From an uncultured Candidatus Rokubacteria bacterium (GTDB lineage Bacteria > Methylomirabilota > Methylomirabilia > Rokubacteriales > CSP1-6): a stretch of DNA of 64,000 bases. The stretch lies in the NCBI GenBank assembly GCA_963721815.1, contig CAVRLO010000024.1, positions 422,234 to 486,233 of the forward strand, given 5' to 3'. Made by a program: the position numbers and the translations under genes. The notes under the pieces were generated by a model that saw only the letters and a list, made by a program, of their open reading frames with translations, had not been told where the DNA came from and ran no database searches. This document shows, in pieces, positions 61,422 to 64,000 of the stretch (positions are counted from its first letter, which is position 1; each line of letters opens with the position of its first letter).

Positions 61422-62332
61422 CTGCCAGGCTCGGTTGTCGACGGTGTTCTCGTAGGTCGCGCCGGGCACGGTCATGTTCCACTTGACCGTCCAGGCGTAG
61501 GTGTCGTCGAAGCGCTCGCGGGTGTAGGGCTGCGGCGCGGCGTGGAGCAGGCGCCAGGTCTGTAGCTCGTGCGGCTCGAGCAGGCCGCCCGTCTCGCGCG
61601 CGAGATAGTGGACGAACGGCGTCGGGTCCTTCTCGAGCAGCTCGACGGCCCGTGCCTGCGCCCGGAACATCTTCGCGCCAGGGTCGGGCCGTCGAGGTCG
61701 TCACCCGCGGCCTCGCTGCGCGTCGAGTGCGACTCGATAAGGATGCGCAGCCCCCACTTCTGCGCCACGCTGATCCACGGCTCCATCAGGCTCGCCGCCG
61801 CGACCTTGCCGTCGCGCACCGCCTCCAGGCGCTTGAGCATCGAGCCGGCGGTGATCCGCTTGACGTGCTCGGGCGCCAGGAAGCCTTCCATCATCTTGAG
61901 CGTGGTGAACTCCGAGCCGTTGTTCGGTGTCACCGCGATCGGCTTGTCCTTCAGCATCTCGGGCTCGTAGATCTTCGAGTCGCGCGCGACGACGATGGCG
62001 AACTTCGACATGGAGGCGCCCAGCGCCACGATCTTGCGGCCGCGCAGCCCCTGCGCGTTGGCCTCGACGGCGCGCTTCATGATGCCCCACTCGCACATCC
62101 GATAGCAGTCGATGCCGCCCTCGTTGTAGACGGAGTCGAGCGGACGCTCGAAGACAGAGTCGAACTTGACAGTGTGCGAGGTCGTGACCTGGGCCATGCC
62201 CGGCGTGGTCACGAACTCGAGATCAAGCCCTTCGTCGCGGAAGAACCCCTTGTCGCGCGCGACCAGGACCGGCAGGTCGTGGACCGCGTTCATGATCGCG
62301 ATCTGGGGCTTGGCCTTGGTCTCGGGAGCCAT
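61422..62332 (-). CDS. NMT1/THI5-like (periplasmic-binding-protein type II fold) protein with no signal peptide; apparent frameshift near 61690
   Basis: ORF 61472..62332 followed by C-terminus 'MFRAQARAVELLEKDPTPF...' in the frame of ORF 61419..61670. Confidence 0.45.
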
Positions 62333-62401
62333 GTACGCCTCCTGCGAGGTGCCGATTATAGTCTCGGTCTCGGTCCACGGAATTGGCAGGAGCCAGGGGC
62401 G

Positions 62402-63280
62402 TCAGTGCTTCAGGGCTCCCGCCGTCAACCCCTCCACGAACTGCTGCTGGAAGACGAAGTAGAGCACGAGCACCGGCACCGAGAACAGCACGAGCGAAGC
62501 CGCCAGAATCGGGTAGTTCCCGTAGAACTCGCTCGACAGCAGCGCGTAGATCCCCGTGGGGAGCGTGCGCATGCGCCCCTCGGTGATGAAGGTCAGCGCG
62601 AAGAGGAACTCGTTCCAGTTCTGCAAGAATAAGAAGATCGCGACCGTCGCGACCGCCGGGCGCGTGAGCGGCAGCATCACCCGCGCGAAGATCCTGAACT
62701 CGCCCGCGCCGTCGAGCCGTGCGGCTTCCTCGAGCTCCCGCGGCAACCCCTCGAAGAACCCTTTCATGATGAAGGTCCCGAAGGCCAGGCCGAACCCGGT
62801 GTACGGCCCGATCAGCGCGAAGGGCGTGTTGAGCAGGCCGAGTGTCCGGAGGTTCATGAAGAGCGGGATCAGCGCGATCTGAAGCGGGATGGTGAGACCG
62901 ATCAGCACGATCCCGTACACGATGCCGCGGCCGGCGAAGCGAATGCGGCCGAGACCGTAGCCGGCGAGCGCCGAGATCGCGACGGTCGCGACCATCGAGG
63001 CGGTCGAGACGTAGATGCTGTTCCAGTAGAGCCGGCCGATGTTGCTGGCCACCCACGCGCGCGGATAGTTCTCGGGATGCGGCGGCCACGCGACGAGCCG
63101 CCCGGCAAAGAGCTGCGGGTTGTCCATGAACGAGAGGCTCAGCATGTAGATGCCGGGCGCGACGGACAGGGCCAGCGCACCGAGGAGCACTACCCACACG
63201 CCGGCTCGGCCGGCGCGCGCCCCTCGGCCGAGCCGCGGTTGCCGACGCGCGACGGATGCGCTCGCGACGACGGTGCTCAC
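62402..63280 (-). CDS. carbohydrate ABC transporter permease (MalG/UgpE-like)
   Basis: GTG start overlapping the upstream stop (GTGA); 'ARLDGAGEFRIFARVMLPLTRPA' EAA loop. Confidence 0.7.
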   Translation of the reverse strand: MSTVVASASVARRQPRLGRGARAGRAGVWVVLLGALALSVAPGIYMLSLSFMDNPQLFAGRLVAWPPHPENYPRAWVASNIGRLYWNSIYVSTASMVATVAISALAGYGLGRIRFAGRGIVYGIVLIGLTIPLQIALIPLFMNLRTLGLLNTPFALIGPYTGFGLAFGTFIMKGFFEGLPRELEEAARLDGAGEFRIFARVMLPLTRPAVATVAIFLFLQNWNEFLFALTFITEGRMRTLPTGIYALLSSEFYGNYPILAASLVLFSVPVLVLYFVFQQQFVEGLTAGALKH

Positions 63281-64000
63281 GCCTTCCCGCCCTCCGGCGA
63301 CCTGTCCAGCACGAGCGTCTGGACGCGGGCGATCGACAGCACGAGGGCGACCAGGATCACCGCGACCGCGGAGGCGATGCCCATGTGGTTCAGCTCGAAG
63401 GCCTCGCGATACAGCATGGTCGCGAGCACCTCGGTGGAGTACGTCGGGCCCCCGCGGGTCATGATGAACACGAGGTCGAAGACCTTCAGCCCTCCGATGA
63501 TCGACAGGAGCGCCGTGAGCGCGAGGATCGGGCGCATGAGCGGCGTGATCACGCGGAGCGTGAGCTGCCAGGCGTTGGCGCCGTCCACCCGGGCGGCCTC
63601 CACGACGTCCTGCGGCAGACTCTGGAGCCCCGCCAGGAGGATCACGAGGCTGAATCCCACGTTCTTCCACACGCTGACCGCGATGACGGCCGGGAGCGCG
63701 GTGGTCGGGTCCCCGAGCCACGGATGCGTCCAGACGCCGAGCCCGACGGCGCGGAGAAACGTGTTGAGAAGGCCGGTGTTCGGCTCGAAGACACGCTGGA
63801 AGATGAGCGTGACGACGATCAACGACATGACGACCGGCACGAAGAACAGCGTCCGCAGCAGCGACCGCGCGACGAGCCGGCGGTTCAGCAGAAGGGCGAG
63901 CAGAAACCCGAGCCCCACCTCGAGCGGGGTTCGGACCGCGACGAAGACGATGGAATTGAGCGTGGCCCTCCAGAAGACCTCGTCACCGGCCAGGACGCGA
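63277..64000 (-). CDS. carbohydrate ABC transporter permease (MalF/UgpA-like), 5' partial at window edge
   Basis: 'EAARVDGANAWQLTLRVITPLMRP'; ORF continues beyond 64000. Confidence 0.7.
   Translation of the reverse strand, partial: RVLAGDEVFWRATLNSIVFVAVRTPLEVGLGFLLALLLNRRLVARSLLRTLFFVPVVMSLIVVTLIFQRVFEPNTGLLNTFLRAVGLGVWTHPWLGDPTTALPAVIAVSVWKNVGFSLVILLAGLQSLPQDVVEAARVDGANAWQLTLRVITPLMRPILALTALLSIIGGLKVFDLVFIMTRGGPTYSTEVLATMLYREAFELNHMGIASAVAVILVALVLSIARVQTLVLDRSPEGGKA

Noticed and set aside
1-64000. CRISPR arrays, tRNA/rRNA genes, integrases, transposases or phage genes
   Set aside because: No arrays of at least 3 repeats with regular spacers were seen. No tRNA-like cloverleaf, including tRNA-Sec, was recognised in intergenic regions by eye. 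No integrase or transposase motifs were found. tRNA absence is not proven without tRNAscan.
61422-64000. Calling the 61422..62332 product the substrate-binding protein of the MalFG-like transporter
   Set aside because: It lacks a signal peptide and has an NMT1/THI5-type fold, not a MalE-type one. It is adjacent to the permeases but may be a cytoplasmic enzyme of the same fold, so it is left as family-level only.

Overview
This 64 kb window is about 70% GC and coding-dense. It looks like a chromosomal segment from an uncultivated Gram-negative soil or sediment bacterium. Supporting hints are a PEP-CTERM protein, Tat signal peptides and an Actinobacteria/Rokubacteria-like 13E12-type HNH remnant; the lineage cannot be fixed from sequence alone.

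Most genes encode ordinary catabolic and transport functions:
- amidases and amidohydrolases, an M20 peptidase and an FAD amine oxidase;
- the protocatechuate operon pcaHGB and a 3-hydroxyanthranilate dioxygenase;
- three family-5 peptide ABC substrate-binding proteins, a LivKHMGF branched-chain amino-acid transporter and a MalFG-type permease pair;
- aroC, a large hybrid histidine kinase, and an adenylate cyclase next to a PQQ sugar dehydrogenase.

The standout content is a dispersed glycine-reductase-like selenoprotein system. It has four in-frame UGA (selenocysteine) codons in conserved contexts:
1. grdA (selenoprotein A, CYV-U-TAAGAMG) is translationally coupled to a GrdC-like thiolase-fold protein, with an AraC regulator upstream.
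2. A GrdE-like proprotein and a GrdB-like selenoprotein (TST-U-GTSTRC) form one locus with a 2-hydroxyacid dehydrogenase and an ATGA-coupled DsbA-like CPWC thioredoxin-fold protein.
3. A second GrdB-like (AT-U-GTCNRC) and GrdE-like pair sits at a separate locus in reversed order.
4. A UGSC-motif selenoprotein (IIGNAA-U-GSC) has an N-terminal domain resembling the Sec-containing C-terminal half of GrdB. It is fused in frame to a roughly 390 aa uncharacterised domain.

No GrdD, thioredoxin reductase, selA/B/D or tRNA-Sec is visible, and the substrates of the two protein-B-like pairs are unknown. No tRNA, rRNA or CRISPR was recognised.

At least about 15 genes show apparent single-base frameshifts, where protein homology continues in another frame. 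They cluster in G/C runs and include one gene of each GrdB/GrdE pair. They look like assembly indels, but that needs read-level verification.
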